This document shows positions 9,235 through 17,581 of a stretch of 57,981 nucleotides of DNA, piece by piece. This DNA comes from a virus. A program made the translations under genes and the position numbers. The stretch lies in IMG/VR virus record IMGVR_UViG_3300019926_000104, positions 1 to 57,981 of that record; one strand, 5' to 3'. A model generated the notes under the pieces. That model worked only from the letters and a program-made list of their open reading frames with translations. It was not told the origin of the DNA and ran no database searches. Every line of letters begins with the position of its first letter. Position 1 is the stretch's first letter.

Positions 9235-9361
9235 AGGCTAATGTTATGGTGGCAAGTGCAAAACCTTTTGGCAATACCTCCGATACACCCACTTGCGACG
9301 GGATAATCAGCGGGGTTGGCACTTAGTTGGTTATCCCTGTTTTCCCTTGGTTATGTCCTGC

Positions 9362-9622
9362 CTATCTTCCCGAGCTTCCTGCTACAACTAAGAAGCCAAG
9401 TGCGACCAAGATGATAGCCGCTATGCCCATCCACACAATGCCTGGGCCTGCTGCTTGACCTAACCCACCGAATACCTCTGTCGTACTGTTGAACGCGCTT
9501 GCAGAGGCGTTTGTTCCGTTCGTAACGGCTGCATCTTCTGTTTGGCCCGCTTGTTCGGCTAAGGCTGTGAATCCCACGAATAGCACACTAATCCCACCCA
9601 AGATACCGACTGTTGCTCTCAT
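9362..9622 (-). CDS. Small two-helix membrane protein with a Sec-type signal and three N-glycosylation sequons; candidate major virion membrane or capsid protein
   Basis: N-terminal signal (ALA-EQ), NGT/NAS/NST sequons, C-terminal TM helix ending ...GSSGR. Own promoter. Confidence 0.6.
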   Translation of the reverse strand: MRATVGILGGISVLFVGFTALAEQAGQTEDAAVTNGTNASASAFNSTTEVFGGLGQAAGPGIVWMGIAAIILVALGFLVVAGSSGR

Positions 9623-9689
9623 TATCCTATATTGCGTGTGTGTGGCCTTTAGTTTTGGTGTCTATGCTACCTTTTGCACAAGCTATAGA

Positions 9690-9723
9690 AAATTATAAGT
9701 GGCTATAGGAATACTGTGTTAGT
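9690..9723 (+). promoter_or_regulatory. Promoter-like element, near-duplicate of 12980..13016
   Basis: TATA-like ttataag about 30 nt from ATG 9724; shared downstream sequence. Confidence 0.5.
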
Positions 9724-9846
9724 ATGTCGTACACCTACCCGGATACTTGCGTCAAATGCAACGGCGAAGCAATCACGCACGAAGAAAACGGAACGCAGCG
9801 TATTGAATGCCAAGAAGAAGGCTGCTACTGGACGGAGATTGCATAA
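9724..9846 (+). CDS. Zinc-ribbon microprotein (40 aa)
   Basis: CVKC ... CQEEGC; TATA-like 'ttataag' about 30 nt upstream (leaderless layout). Confidence 0.45.
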   Translation: MSYTYPDTCVKCNGEAITHEENGTQRIECQEEGCYWTEIA

Positions 9847-9848
9847 CA

Positions 9849-9998
9849 ATGCTATCAGAACTCCCTGATGATGGACGCCGGGCAGATTACGCATTGGAAC
9901 TGACCGAAAAAGAAGCAGAGGCGCTAAAGGCTGCTGTCAAAGACGCAGACGGAAGGAAAAGCGAAGTCAAATTAGCCCGCAAAGTGCTTGGCGTCTAA
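9849..9998 (+). CDS. Hypothetical microprotein (49 aa)
   Basis: Starts 2 nt after the upstream stop; acidic and helical. Confidence 0.4.
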   Translation: MLSELPDDGRRADYALELTEKEAEALKAAVKDADGRKSEVKLARKVLGV

Positions 9999-10033
9999 CC
10001 CATAGGTTGTATCATCTCATCGGTGGCTATGGG
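9999..10033 (+). promoter_or_regulatory. Conserved intercistronic hairpin element, copy 1 (CCCATAG-N21-CTATGGG)
   Basis: Starts right after TAA 9996..9998 and ends 8 nt before ATG 10042. Confidence 0.55.
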
Positions 10034-10041
10034 TGTGAAGT

Positions 10042-10290
10042 ATGGCAAAGACAGTACCAATCTACGTCATAGAACGGCGTGGCAAAGACAAGACGATAGC
10101 CGCTCGTGGCTTCGGGTGGCCGAACGGTCATGTCACGGAAACGGCGAAGAACAATCAGCAGTTCGTAGATGAGATGAACCGACTCAAGAACAAGATAGAC
10201 CCGGAAGAACACGACCCAGAAACCAAGGTTGCAGAGTTTACCGTTCGTGACCGGGACAAGGCCATCTGTGAGGTAGAAATCTTAGTATGA
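10042..10290 (+). CDS. Hypothetical protein
   Basis: 82-aa ORF directly downstream of the conserved hairpin element. Confidence 0.55.
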   Translation: MAKTVPIYVIERRGKDKTIAARGFGWPNGHVTETAKNNQQFVDEMNRLKNKIDPEEHDPETKVAEFTVRDRDKAICEVEILV

Positions 10291-10481
10291 CCGAAACAAC
10301 GACAATCGAAATCACGAAAGTACAGGCAACAGAGCTTGATAGTATCGCTAACGGCAGTTACAAAGAAAAGTTACAGGTTCTTATAGAGTCCTATGATGAT
10401 AGCAACCTAAGCGAGAGAGACGTTGAACGGATTGCTAAGGACGTAGTGAACGACATGGTGCGGCATGAGGCATTAGAATGA
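10287..10481 (+). CDS. VapB-like ribbon-helix-helix microprotein
   Basis: TTTIEITKVQATELDSIANGSYKEKLQVLIESY matches the family pattern. Confidence 0.5.
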   Translation: MTETTTIEITKVQATELDSIANGSYKEKLQVLIESYDDSNLSERDVERIAKDVVNDMVRHEALE

Positions 10482-10564
10482 ACCAAGAAGAATGCAGAGT
10501 CCTTGGCTGTGAGAAACAGGTCTACCAGAATGGCTTGTGTATCATCCACGGAGCTACGCCATGA
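10478..10564 (+). CDS. Cys-rich microprotein (28 aa)
   Basis: ATGA overlaps at both ends. Confidence 0.3.
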   Translation: MNQEECRVLGCEKQVYQNGLCIIHGATP

Positions 10565-10692
10565 CAGAATGCTCAAAGTGTGGTAAGGAGATAGAGGGCG
10601 ACATAATGCTACCAGAAGGCCCCGAAGGTCTAATGCATCCATCCTGTTGGTCCGAGTGGGTACAGAGAGTAGAGAACGGAGAACAGCCATGA
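10561..10692 (+). CDS. Zinc-binding microprotein (43 aa)
   Basis: CSKCG ... HPSC; ATGA overlaps. Confidence 0.35.
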   Translation: MTECSKCGKEIEGDIMLPEGPEGLMHPSCWSEWVQRVENGEQP

Positions 10693-10904
10693 CAGTTCAC
10701 CATGATCGGTTTGTCGTAGGCATATTTTGGAGCATTTGCGCGGTAATCGCGTCCATAATGTTTGGTGAACTTGGATTAGCCTTTGCAGAATCCATAGTAG
10801 CAGGCTATGTTATCACCCCGCTTATCCTTCTTTCAGTCTACTGTGTTGGAGCAGTTGGCTTGCCAATCCTCAATCATCTAGAGAATCGGACGGGTGAACA
10901 ATGA
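10689..10904 (+). CDS. Small membrane protein (2 TM)
   Basis: Hydrophobic helices; ATGA overlap. Confidence 0.5.
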   Translation: MTVHHDRFVVGIFWSICAVIASIMFGELGLAFAESIVAGYVITPLILLSVYCVGAVGLPILNHLENRTGEQ

Positions 10905-11149
10905 AACAGAGGGTACTACGGCTTATGAAAAACGGCCCAAACAAGACCGACAACACGCTAATCTGGATTGTGGGAAACTGGCTCTGGTATCGAACGTGGG
11001 TGTTCGGATTCCTTGCGTTCCTGCCGTTAGCCCTTGGCCTACTGTCGTTAAACTACGGCAGTGGTAGCCTCGGCGTGTTTGTAACGTACATCACGTTCAC
11101 CGTATTGAGCGATAAGATAGACGAATACAGTATCAACAATGCTACTTGA
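10901..11149 (+). CDS. Small membrane protein (2 TM)
   Basis: Hydrophobic helices. Confidence 0.5.
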   Translation: MKQRVLRLMKNGPNKTDNTLIWIVGNWLWYRTWVFGFLAFLPLALGLLSLNYGSGSLGVFVTYITFTVLSDKIDEYSINNAT

Positions 11150-11300
11150 AACACTTGCAGTACTCACGGTCGGAATCATAGTTGCCTCAATCGCAGAAGC
11201 CTACAAGACCTACGAATGTGACTGTGGGCAAGAATGGCACCGAAAAGACGGAGTAGAGTGTCCGCAGTGTGGCGAACAGGTGAAACACAATGGATATTGA
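11139..11300 (+). CDS. TM plus zinc-ribbon microprotein (53 aa)
   Basis: N-terminal helix, then CDCG ... CPQCG. Confidence 0.4.
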   Translation: MLLETLAVLTVGIIVASIAEAYKTYECDCGQEWHRKDGVECPQCGEQVKHNGY

Positions 11301-11484
11301 CGACATAGAAACAGACACGATCACGACGAGTTGCGAAAGTATCGACCAACTGGTGTCCATGCTCTCGGAAGGGTCGCAAACCTCGGCAAAGAAGTTGGTT
11401 ATCAAGACCCCAGAGGGCAACACTGTAGAGATACACGGTGAAGGTGGTATTGGGGTCTGGATACGGGAGAAAGACGAATGTTAG
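11290..11484 (+). CDS. Hypothetical acidic protein
   Basis: 64-aa ORF in the operon. Confidence 0.5.
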   Translation: MDIDDIETDTITTSCESIDQLVSMLSEGSQTSAKKLVIKTPEGNTVEIHGEGGIGVWIREKDEC

Positions 11485-11747
11485 CCGATAACCACTGTCT
11501 CGACTGCGGAAATACTCACATTGGATTAGACGATGTTGTAGGTTCGGACTTACAACGTGGTGGGACTGAGAGATACCCTAGTCGTGGCAAGCACTACTTT
11601 GATGTGTTCTGTCCTTCCTGTGGCCGGAAACAGGGCTTAGTTATTAAACGAAACCATCCAGTGCTGTTCACAATCTGGCCCTGTTCGTGGAATGATGAAC
11701 CCTGCTGTAATGATGGCTGCGAATACTGCAATGGAGAGTATATATGA
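11478..11747 (+). CDS. Cys-rich zinc-binding protein
   Basis: CLDCG, CPSCG, CCNDGCEYC. Confidence 0.55.
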   Translation: MLADNHCLDCGNTHIGLDDVVGSDLQRGGTERYPSRGKHYFDVFCPSCGRKQGLVIKRNHPVLFTIWPCSWNDEPCCNDGCEYCNGEYI

Positions 11748-12094
11748 GTGAACGCCTCTGGTGTCCCAACTGTGAAACGGACAAGTATCATTTCGACCAT
11801 AGGGACGAAAGAGCCTGTCGAGAATGCGAACACGAACTTGTAGACCCACCGACGACAGCAAAGGCGATCTGGAAGATTAAACAGGTAGCCGCGCTCTCTG
11901 TCTTGCTTGGTATCTTCATTCTACCCATCGGGTGGGTGATTCTAAACCTCGGAGAGAAGCCACTGTATGCAACTAAGACAGTAACCATTACCCAAACCCA
12001 ACCGTACGGAATCCTGCCAGCAATTGCCCCTGTGGTATTCATCTGGCTATTTCTCTACATCTGTTATCTCTACATGGGCTATATGCCACGGTGA
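11744..12094 (+). CDS. Zinc-ribbon plus membrane protein
   Basis: CPNC ... CRECE followed by 2-3 TM helices. Confidence 0.55.
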   Translation: MSERLWCPNCETDKYHFDHRDERACRECEHELVDPPTTAKAIWKIKQVAALSVLLGIFILPIGWVILNLGEKPLYATKTVTITQTQPYGILPAIAPVVFIWLFLYICYLYMGYMPR

Positions 12095-12164
12095 GCATGA
12101 CTACACAGGGCTAAGCCCATTAGCGAACCACGTAGTACAAACGTCTGGGTAGTCGGCCACTAGT

Positions 12165-12413
12165 ATGCGTCAAACAAGCCACCTGCGAAAAACAAGCAGT
12201 ATCGACGGCACAATTCTTGAGTTTGTATCGGAATTAACCAAGACAGATGTTTCGGACTTGCCACCGTTAGGAGAGACAGTCAATGCCGATGCACTCAGAT
12301 TGCTCAGAAACCACGCCTTTGATGGAAGCCTAACCTTCGACTATGCGACGTGCCATATTACAGTAGACTACTCCGATCCAGTGTTTGTGACCGTTTCCGA
12401 TATGACCCTATAG
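12165..12413 (+). CDS. HalOD1-like (halobacterial output domain 1) protein
   Basis: VSELTKTDVSDLPPLGETVNADALRLL ... LTFDY ... ITV fits the HalOD1 pattern from memory. Confidence 0.55.
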   Translation: MRQTSHLRKTSSIDGTILEFVSELTKTDVSDLPPLGETVNADALRLLRNHAFDGSLTFDYATCHITVDYSDPVFVTVSDMTL

Positions 12414-12450
12414 CCGTTATACTCCTATAGTATAACCCTATAGCGGCTAT
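12410..12450. promoter_or_regulatory. Nested palindrome after the HalOD1-like gene (ATAGCCG/CGGCTAT outer arms, TTATAC/GTATAA inner arms)
   Basis: Arms read directly; overlaps the TAG stop at 12411..12413. Confidence 0.5.
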
Positions 12451-12494
12451 CGTCTGACAAACCTATATTTGCTATGAGATTATGATGCTAGAGC

Positions 12495-12965
12495 GTGCCT
12501 GAAACAACGACCATTCAAATCAAAGTAACGACGTGGCAAGCCCTGAATAGCAGAAAACTACCGGATGATAGTTTCGACGACGTAATTCAGAAGTTGCTAC
12601 AGGATGCCGAAGATTCCGAACCTTCCAAAGACCATGAAACTACAGCCACTATAGAACCGGCTGAGTCCAATGCTAAGGAGATTCAGTTACCGGATGATGT
12701 ACCCAACAGAATAGATGAAACAGAAGCGCGTGCGACAATACGGGCGGCTGTGCAGTTCATCCAAGAGAATAACGGTGCGACGAAACGGGAACTTGTCGAG
12801 AACGTCATGCCCGATCATCCGCTGGGGTACGAGCTGCCAGAGTTAGCAGAAGGTGAGAGATTCCGAGGGGCATGGTACCGTAGGGTAGTGAAGCCGGGCT
12901 TATCCAAGTCTGCTGTGATTAAGAAGCCGAAACCGTCCGAAAGTACGTGGCGCTACGTCGGTTAG
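12495..12965 (+). CDS. VapB-like RHH N-terminal domain fused to a probable winged-helix C-terminal domain
   Basis: GTG start. TTTIQIKVTTWQALNSRKLPDDSFDDVIQKLLQD. Confidence 0.55.
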   Translation: MPETTTIQIKVTTWQALNSRKLPDDSFDDVIQKLLQDAEDSEPSKDHETTATIEPAESNAKEIQLPDDVPNRIDETEARATIRAAVQFIQENNGATKRELVENVMPDHPLGYELPELAEGERFRGAWYRRVVKPGLSKSAVIKKPKPSESTWRYVG

Positions 12966-12979
12966 TATACCAAAGTATA

Positions 12980-13016
12980 CCAAAAGTATAAGTGGGTATA
13001 GCCATACAGTGTTAGT
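12980..13016 (+). promoter_or_regulatory. Promoter-like element, near-duplicate of 9690..9723
   Basis: tataagtgggtatagccatacagtgttagtATG versus tataagtggctataggaatactgtgttagtATG. Confidence 0.5.
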
Positions 13017-13214
13017 ATGGGAAGCAAAGCAGTGCGCGACCGTAAGAACCGAAAAGACACCAGCGGATCACACCAAGCCTACCTACTCGGTGCTATGGTG
13101 AGCATTCGGACGTACAACGGCGAAACGCGAATGGTAGAGGTTAGTAGTGCTATCCCGTCGAGTGCTGAGTTTGCTGGACGCATGGCTGATGGACTACTCC
13201 CAAAGGAGAACTAA
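13017..13214 (+). CDS. Hypothetical protein
   Basis: 65-aa ORF immediately after the promoter element. Confidence 0.5.
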   Translation: MGSKAVRDRKNRKDTSGSHQAYLLGAMVSIRTYNGETRMVEVSSAIPSSAEFAGRMADGLLPKEN

Positions 13215-13216
13215 CA

Positions 13217-13489
13217 ATGTCTGAAAACACTGAGGTTTCCGAACGTACCGAACAGACCGCAGAGTTCGTTAGAGAGGCAGTTTCCGGCTGGGGCGTCACT
13301 GCCACCAGAAAGCGGGGTGTTACGGCGTGTGATGTGATTCACGTCTACAGCGAAGACGACCACGTTACCACGAATGGCTACGCGAAGGCATCCGTTATCA
13401 ACACTGTCCTAACGGAAGTGCCAGCCTTAGAAGTTGAATCCACTGCTGATGGGGACATGGCCGTTACGTTCAGCTTCAAGAACGAGTAA
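13217..13489 (+). CDS. Hypothetical acidic protein
   Basis: 90-aa ORF, 2 nt after the upstream stop. Confidence 0.55.
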   Translation: MSENTEVSERTEQTAEFVREAVSGWGVTATRKRGVTACDVIHVYSEDDHVTTNGYAKASVINTVLTEVPALEVESTADGDMAVTFSFKNE

Positions 13490-13537
13490 GCCTGTCTAAT
13501 GTAGAAGCCGGTTTCACTGCCGGGATAGGTGTGAAGT

Positions 13538-13702
13538 ATGGTACAAGAAATTCCAGACGGTATGACCTTGGTTGATGATAGACCGCCCCTGTGTCCGAAC
13601 GGGTGCGGGCTACTTGAACCAATCCAGCACAGAGAAATGGAATGTAATGACTGTGGCTACGTTCGTAAGGTGCTTGAGTTTGACACGCTCTTAGAGAACT
13701 AA
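13538..13702 (+). CDS. Zinc-ribbon microprotein (54 aa)
   Basis: CPNGCG ... CNDCG; shares 'ggtgtgaagtATGG' start context with 10042. Confidence 0.4.
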   Translation: MVQEIPDGMTLVDDRPPLCPNGCGLLEPIQHREMECNDCGYVRKVLEFDTLLEN

Positions 13703-13896
13703 TGAGCAAGGCAACAACGATCAAGTTAGACCCAGAGGTAAAGGACGCGCTGGATAGGGAGAACTTGGACGGAGAGACATTCAGTGAAACGGTCGCTCGG
13801 TTGCTGGGTGAAACGAGTGGTACGACATGGACCGAAGAAGAAATCCGTCAGATAGCGATTAGAGCCGTTGAAGACGAACGCAGAAAACGCGCTTAG
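13702..13896 (+). CDS. VapB-like RHH microprotein
   Basis: TTIKLDPEVKDALDRENLDGETFSETVARLLGE. Confidence 0.55.
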   Translation: MSKATTIKLDPEVKDALDRENLDGETFSETVARLLGETSGTTWTEEEIRQIAIRAVEDERRKRA

Positions 13897-14189
13897 TCGA
13901 AGCCAATCCCTGTTTCAAACGTTCCCATCCCAGGGAGTCGACCGCCGGATTCCTCTTCACTGCTACTGGATTTGCTACCTTGATAGGTTCGTGGGTAGCC
14001 TGATTGTACTTGGCCGTTAGTCTTTCGCACTTCTATAGTGTCACCGTCAGAAGCCATGTTTCGCATTTTCCGCTTGGCGGCTGATTTCTTAGTGTGTGGC
14101 CTACCCTGCATCTTGCCGTTTTTATGAACCATCCATCCGCCGCGCATGTTGTGGCCGTCGTCAGTCGGCAGGACTGTGTACTTGTCCAT
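13893..14189 (-). CDS. DUF2188-like protein with a Ser/Gly-rich tail
   Basis: YTVLPTDDG ... GGWMVHKNG ... SAAKRKMRNMA ... TIEVRKTNGQV. Confidence 0.5.
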   Translation of the reverse strand: MDKYTVLPTDDGHNMRGGWMVHKNGKMQGRPHTKKSAAKRKMRNMASDGDTIEVRKTNGQVQSGYPRTYQGSKSSSSEEESGGRLPGMGTFETGIGFD

Positions 14190-14191
14190 TG

Positions 14192-14851
14192 TTAGTATTT
14201 GAACCCGAACGGTTTTGGTTCGTCTTCATCGTCTGCATCGTCGTCTTCTTGGTCCATACCCATGCCAAAGCCGGGGAGTGTTGCGGCTCCACCGTCTTGC
14301 CCGTCCATTCCGCCAAATCCAGGGAACTGTGGGCCACCGTCACTTTCACCACCACCACCAAAGTCCGGTAGCATTGGCCCGCCGTCTTGATCGTCGTTGC
14401 CCATGCCACCGAAACCGGGGAGTGTCGGCCCACCGTCGCTTTCGCCTTCCATACCACCACTCATGCCACCGGGAAGGCTTGGGCCGCCCTCGTTGTCCAT
14501 TCCACCGCCGAAGCCAAGCGACATACCACCACTATCATCGCTGTCGTTGTCCTTGGTGGATTCACTCACCTTGCTTGCAGCTCTGGATGCATCAGACCCA
14601 AGGTTGCTAATGCCCTGCTTGAAGGTGTTCAGAACACCGCCGGAACTACCCTCTTTCGTTGTTGATTCCATGCCGCCAGATTTGGTTTCAATCACGAGTT
14701 CTTTGTACGCCGGGTCTTCCTCGTAGGCCGTTTGACCGATGTTTCTGGCTTCGCTCTTTGTCTCGACAGTTCTAACGATCTGCTTTTCGTCTTTGACTTG
14801 CCACATCTCATTTGCAGAGTCGTAGGACACGCGGAGTGTTCTGTTCTCCAT
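14192..14851 (-). CDS. DUF2188-like N-terminal domain plus five GGPxLPGFGG repeats and an acidic tail
   Basis: MWQVKDEKQ ... TKSEARNIG, then repeated DGGP(S/T/M/Q)(L/F)PG(F)GG. Confidence 0.6.
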   Translation of the reverse strand: MENRTLRVSYDSANEMWQVKDEKQIVRTVETKSEARNIGQTAYEEDPAYKELVIETKSGGMESTTKEGSSGGVLNTFKQGISNLGSDASRAASKVSESTKDNDSDDSGGMSLGFGGGMDNEGGPSLPGGMSGGMEGESDGGPTLPGFGGMGNDDQDGGPMLPDFGGGGESDGGPQFPGFGGMDGQDGGAATLPGFGMGMDQEDDDADDEDEPKPFGFKY

Positions 14852-14993
14852 ACGCTCTCTTTGTGTGGCCTCTCCTTAGTTTTTGGTGTGCGTTTGCACA
14901 GGGTTGTTCTCTAAACTGTTCTGTGGGTAAGTACCAACTTAATACCCGCACTGTGGGCAAAGTTTTATTACATATGGGGCATATTGTAGTAGT

Positions 14994-15266
14994 ATGGAGC
15001 AACAGACTGCTACCAAGTCGATGCAGGCCGAGATTCACTGGTCAAACGACAAGATTTGCGTTGACGACAGCGAGCCTGTTGTTGGTACTGTCGTTGAAGA
15101 CTCAGACGGCCAAATCACCATCAAAGACAGCGAGAAAGAGGTTTTCCACCAAGTCTTTGAAGGCAGCAACGGCGACCTGCTGCTTAGGTCAAAACTCACG
15201 CTAAACCAGCGCGACCGAGACACGACTATCAAAGGCACTGTTGACGATGTGGAGGTGCAAGTCTAA
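14994..15266 (+). CDS. Hypothetical acidic protein
   Basis: TATA-like ttttatta about 35 nt upstream; tagtagtATG start context. Confidence 0.55.
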   Translation: MEQQTATKSMQAEIHWSNDKICVDDSEPVVGTVVEDSDGQITIKDSEKEVFHQVFEGSNGDLLLRSKLTLNQRDRDTTIKGTVDDVEVQV

Positions 15267-15445
15267 TGCCTGAAGTCCAATACGTTGATTACGACACTCG
15301 CGGCAGTAGAATCACGTTTGACGGTCATGCGCTGTTCTGTATGAGCCACCCGCCAGACCAAGACGAACTTGAGCAGGCGGCGAAAGAAGGCGATGAAATT
15401 GGAACCATAGAGATTACGGACGGCGAAATCACGGACACGTTTTAA
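15266..15445 (+). CDS. Hypothetical microprotein (59 aa)
   Basis: TAATG overlap; followed by the conserved hairpin. Confidence 0.4.
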   Translation: MPEVQYVDYDTRGSRITFDGHALFCMSHPPDQDELEQAAKEGDEIGTIEITDGEITDTF

Positions 15446-15480
15446 CCCACAGACTGTATCATCTCACTGGTGGCTGTGGC
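15446..15480 (+). promoter_or_regulatory. Conserved intercistronic hairpin element, copy 2 (CCCACAG-N21-CTGTGGC)
   Basis: Starts right after TAA 15443..15445. Loop is conserved (TGTATCATCTCA..GGTGG). One compensatory T:A to C:G change in the stem. Confidence 0.55.
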
Positions 15481-15483
15481 CGT

Positions 15484-15612
15484 ATGGGACTGACTGTAGA
15501 AGTTGACCCCAAAGCACTGTATGAAAAGAGTACGGACGACCGAGGGCGGTTCACCCTTGGGAGTGAGTACGCCAATCAAGACGTGAAACTACTGGTGATT
15601 GAAGATGAGTAA
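15484..15612 (+). CDS. AbrB/SpoVT-like microprotein (42 aa)
   Basis: DDRGRFTLGSEYANQDVKLLVIE resembles the swapped-hairpin AbrB motif. Confidence 0.4.
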   Translation: MGLTVEVDPKALYEKSTDDRGRFTLGSEYANQDVKLLVIEDE

Positions 15613-15997
15613 GTGGCCCTGCTGTCAGAAGGAACGCGGGCCTGTCGTATCTTGTAGCCGTGAAACCGCTATCATCGACGGCGAAGAATACGATCTAATC
15701 CCCTTCGGAGAAGGCGACAGAGGGCTAACCTACGACGAACGCATAGCACGAAAGAAAGAGGAAATCGCAAACGGCGGTCGTGGCAAATTCAGTGCCGAAT
15801 ACGCCGAACGCGAGCTAGAAGAGTTCAAGAAAAGCACGTCAAAGGAAGAGTACAATAACCGGGCCTGTCACGATTGCGGAACGCCAATGGGTGAAGTACA
15901 CCACCTTGGCTGTGATATGGAGGAATGCCCGAAGTGTGGCGGGCAGTACTTCATTTGCGACTGTCACAGCATCGAGAAAGAAGAACTCTGGGCGTAG
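15605..15997 (+). CDS. Cys-rich zinc-binding protein
   Basis: CC ... C ... CHDCG ... HHLGC ... CPKCG ... CDCH. Confidence 0.55.
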   Translation: MSKWPCCQKERGPVVSCSRETAIIDGEEYDLIPFGEGDRGLTYDERIARKKEEIANGGRGKFSAEYAERELEEFKKSTSKEEYNNRACHDCGTPMGEVHHLGCDMEECPKCGGQYFICDCHSIEKEELWA

Positions 15998-16013
15998 AAC
16001 CTCACCAATTCCA

Positions 16014-17069
16014 ATGAATAAAGTAACCCGACAAGACTTGATTGTAGAGTTCAACAGACTAGCCGAGGAATTAGGCAAGCGGCCTACGCTCTCGGAGTTT
16101 AACGAACATGGAGAGTACAGCCAAACGCCGGTCTACAAGGAATTTGAGTCCTTTGAAGCCCTGAAAGACGCAGCAGGGTTTGAAACCGGCGAGCAGAAGA
16201 TAGACGATGAGACGTTATTAGACGATCTTCGCAGGGTAGCGGGTGTGATTGGCCGGACACCGCCAGTTATGATATATGATGAACACGGAAACCACAATTC
16301 AAAAACTCTCAAAAAACGCTTTGGGAACTGGAATGAAGTACAGAAGGCCGCTGGATTAGAGCCAACAGAACACTCGGAGCACTGGAACGACAACAAGCCA
16401 GAACAATTCACGAAAGAGTACGGTACTGTAGAGGTGAATTGCACATATTGTGGCGACACCAAACAAGTCCCGCCGCATGTGAAAGAGGATAAAGAGCGCC
16501 ATTTCTGCAATTACTCATGCCGTGGTGATTATCTCTCGGAACAGACCGGCGAAGATGCACGAGCTTGGGAAGGCGGGAAGGTGGAAATTACCTGTGAATG
16601 GTGCGAAGATGCGCGAGAAGTGCGACCTTCCGAAGCCGGCAGTTCACGATTCTGTAGCCAAGACTGTATGCTTAAATGGCGCTCTACTGAGTTCGTTGGA
16701 GAGGATCACCACCGATTCAAAGAGAATACAGAAGAAATCTACTACGGGCCGAACTTCACAGAACAGCGCCTAAAGACGCTTGAGCGCGATAACCACCGTT
16801 GCCAAGTGTGCGGCAAGACCAACCAAGAGAACATCAAAGAAGCGACCTGCGGCCTGAATTGCCACCATATACGGAAGTTCAAAGAGTTCGACGGCTACGA
16901 ACAAGCGAACCGGCTTGAAAATCTCGTGATGTTGTGTAGTGGATGCCACCAGCATGTGGAGAACTACACGCTTACCGTGCCTACTGCGCGTTGGCATCGG
17001 CAAGAGGCGAACAAGTCTGTGGTGAGTGATAGCCCAATACAAAGAAATCTGACACTGTATTTGCCGTAG
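16014..17069 (+). CDS. HNH homing endonuclease with two haloarchaeal HNH-associated repeats and zinc fingers
   Basis: Repeats ...YKEFESFEALKDAAGF and ...KKRFGNWNEVQKAAGLE. HNH core CQVCGK ... NCHHI ... N..N.LVMLCSGCHQHVE. Confidence 0.8.
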   Translation: MNKVTRQDLIVEFNRLAEELGKRPTLSEFNEHGEYSQTPVYKEFESFEALKDAAGFETGEQKIDDETLLDDLRRVAGVIGRTPPVMIYDEHGNHNSKTLKKRFGNWNEVQKAAGLEPTEHSEHWNDNKPEQFTKEYGTVEVNCTYCGDTKQVPPHVKEDKERHFCNYSCRGDYLSEQTGEDARAWEGGKVEITCEWCEDAREVRPSEAGSSRFCSQDCMLKWRSTEFVGEDHHRFKENTEEIYYGPNFTEQRLKTLERDNHRCQVCGKTNQENIKEATCGLNCHHIRKFKEFDGYEQANRLENLVMLCSGCHQHVENYTLTVPTARWHRQEANKSVVSDSPIQRNLTLYLP

Positions 17070-17148
17070 TACATTCTAATTCTTACACTAAAATATGGTT
17101 GTCACTGTGTAGCCAGTTGATAAAACGGAAAAGTTGGTTGTTAGCCGC

Positions 17149-17466
17149 TTACCGTCCGCCACGCAGGCCGTAGAGGTACACGATGATCACCGCGAGGATG
17201 ACCACAATGAACGCGACCCCGACAAGCCCCCAAGCGTCGTTGATAGACTGCTCAAGGGAATCGCTTGCGTTATAGAGCGGGTCGCCGCTCTGTAGCTGGG
17301 TTGTCGAGATAACAGTCGACATGACCTGAAGTCCCACAAAGCCAACAACTCCAGCTATCACGAGGACGATCATTACGCTAGGAAGGTCCATACCACCCGT
17401 CTGCGCTCGGTCGTCACTGAAAAGCGACGGACCGTTCTTTCGCATCTCCTTGAACTTCTGAATCAT
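17149..17466 (-). CDS. Two-helix membrane protein with a possible class III (type IV pilin-like) signal; candidate virion protein
   Basis: FSDDRAQTGGMDLPSVMIVLVIAGVVGF resembles archaellin/pilin N-termini. C-terminal TM ends ...GLRGGR. Monocistronic with its own promoter. Confidence 0.6.
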   Translation of the reverse strand: MIQKFKEMRKNGPSLFSDDRAQTGGMDLPSVMIVLVIAGVVGFVGLQVMSTVISTTQLQSGDPLYNASDSLEQSINDAWGLVGVAFIVVILAVIIVYLYGLRGGR

Positions 17467-17581
17467 TACACCTCTCTCTTACACCCGGTTTTGCATATAA
17501 ACACAAGTTGGTTAAGGCACGTATACGGGTGTTTACACAGGCTACACAAATCTTATGTGATGCACGGACAAAAACACAGTA

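Noticed and set aside
14192-14560. LPGFGG repeats as PGF-CTERM archaeosortase signals
   Set aside because: The motif is repeated internally. It is not followed by a TM helix and basic tail, and the protein ends in an acidic stretch.
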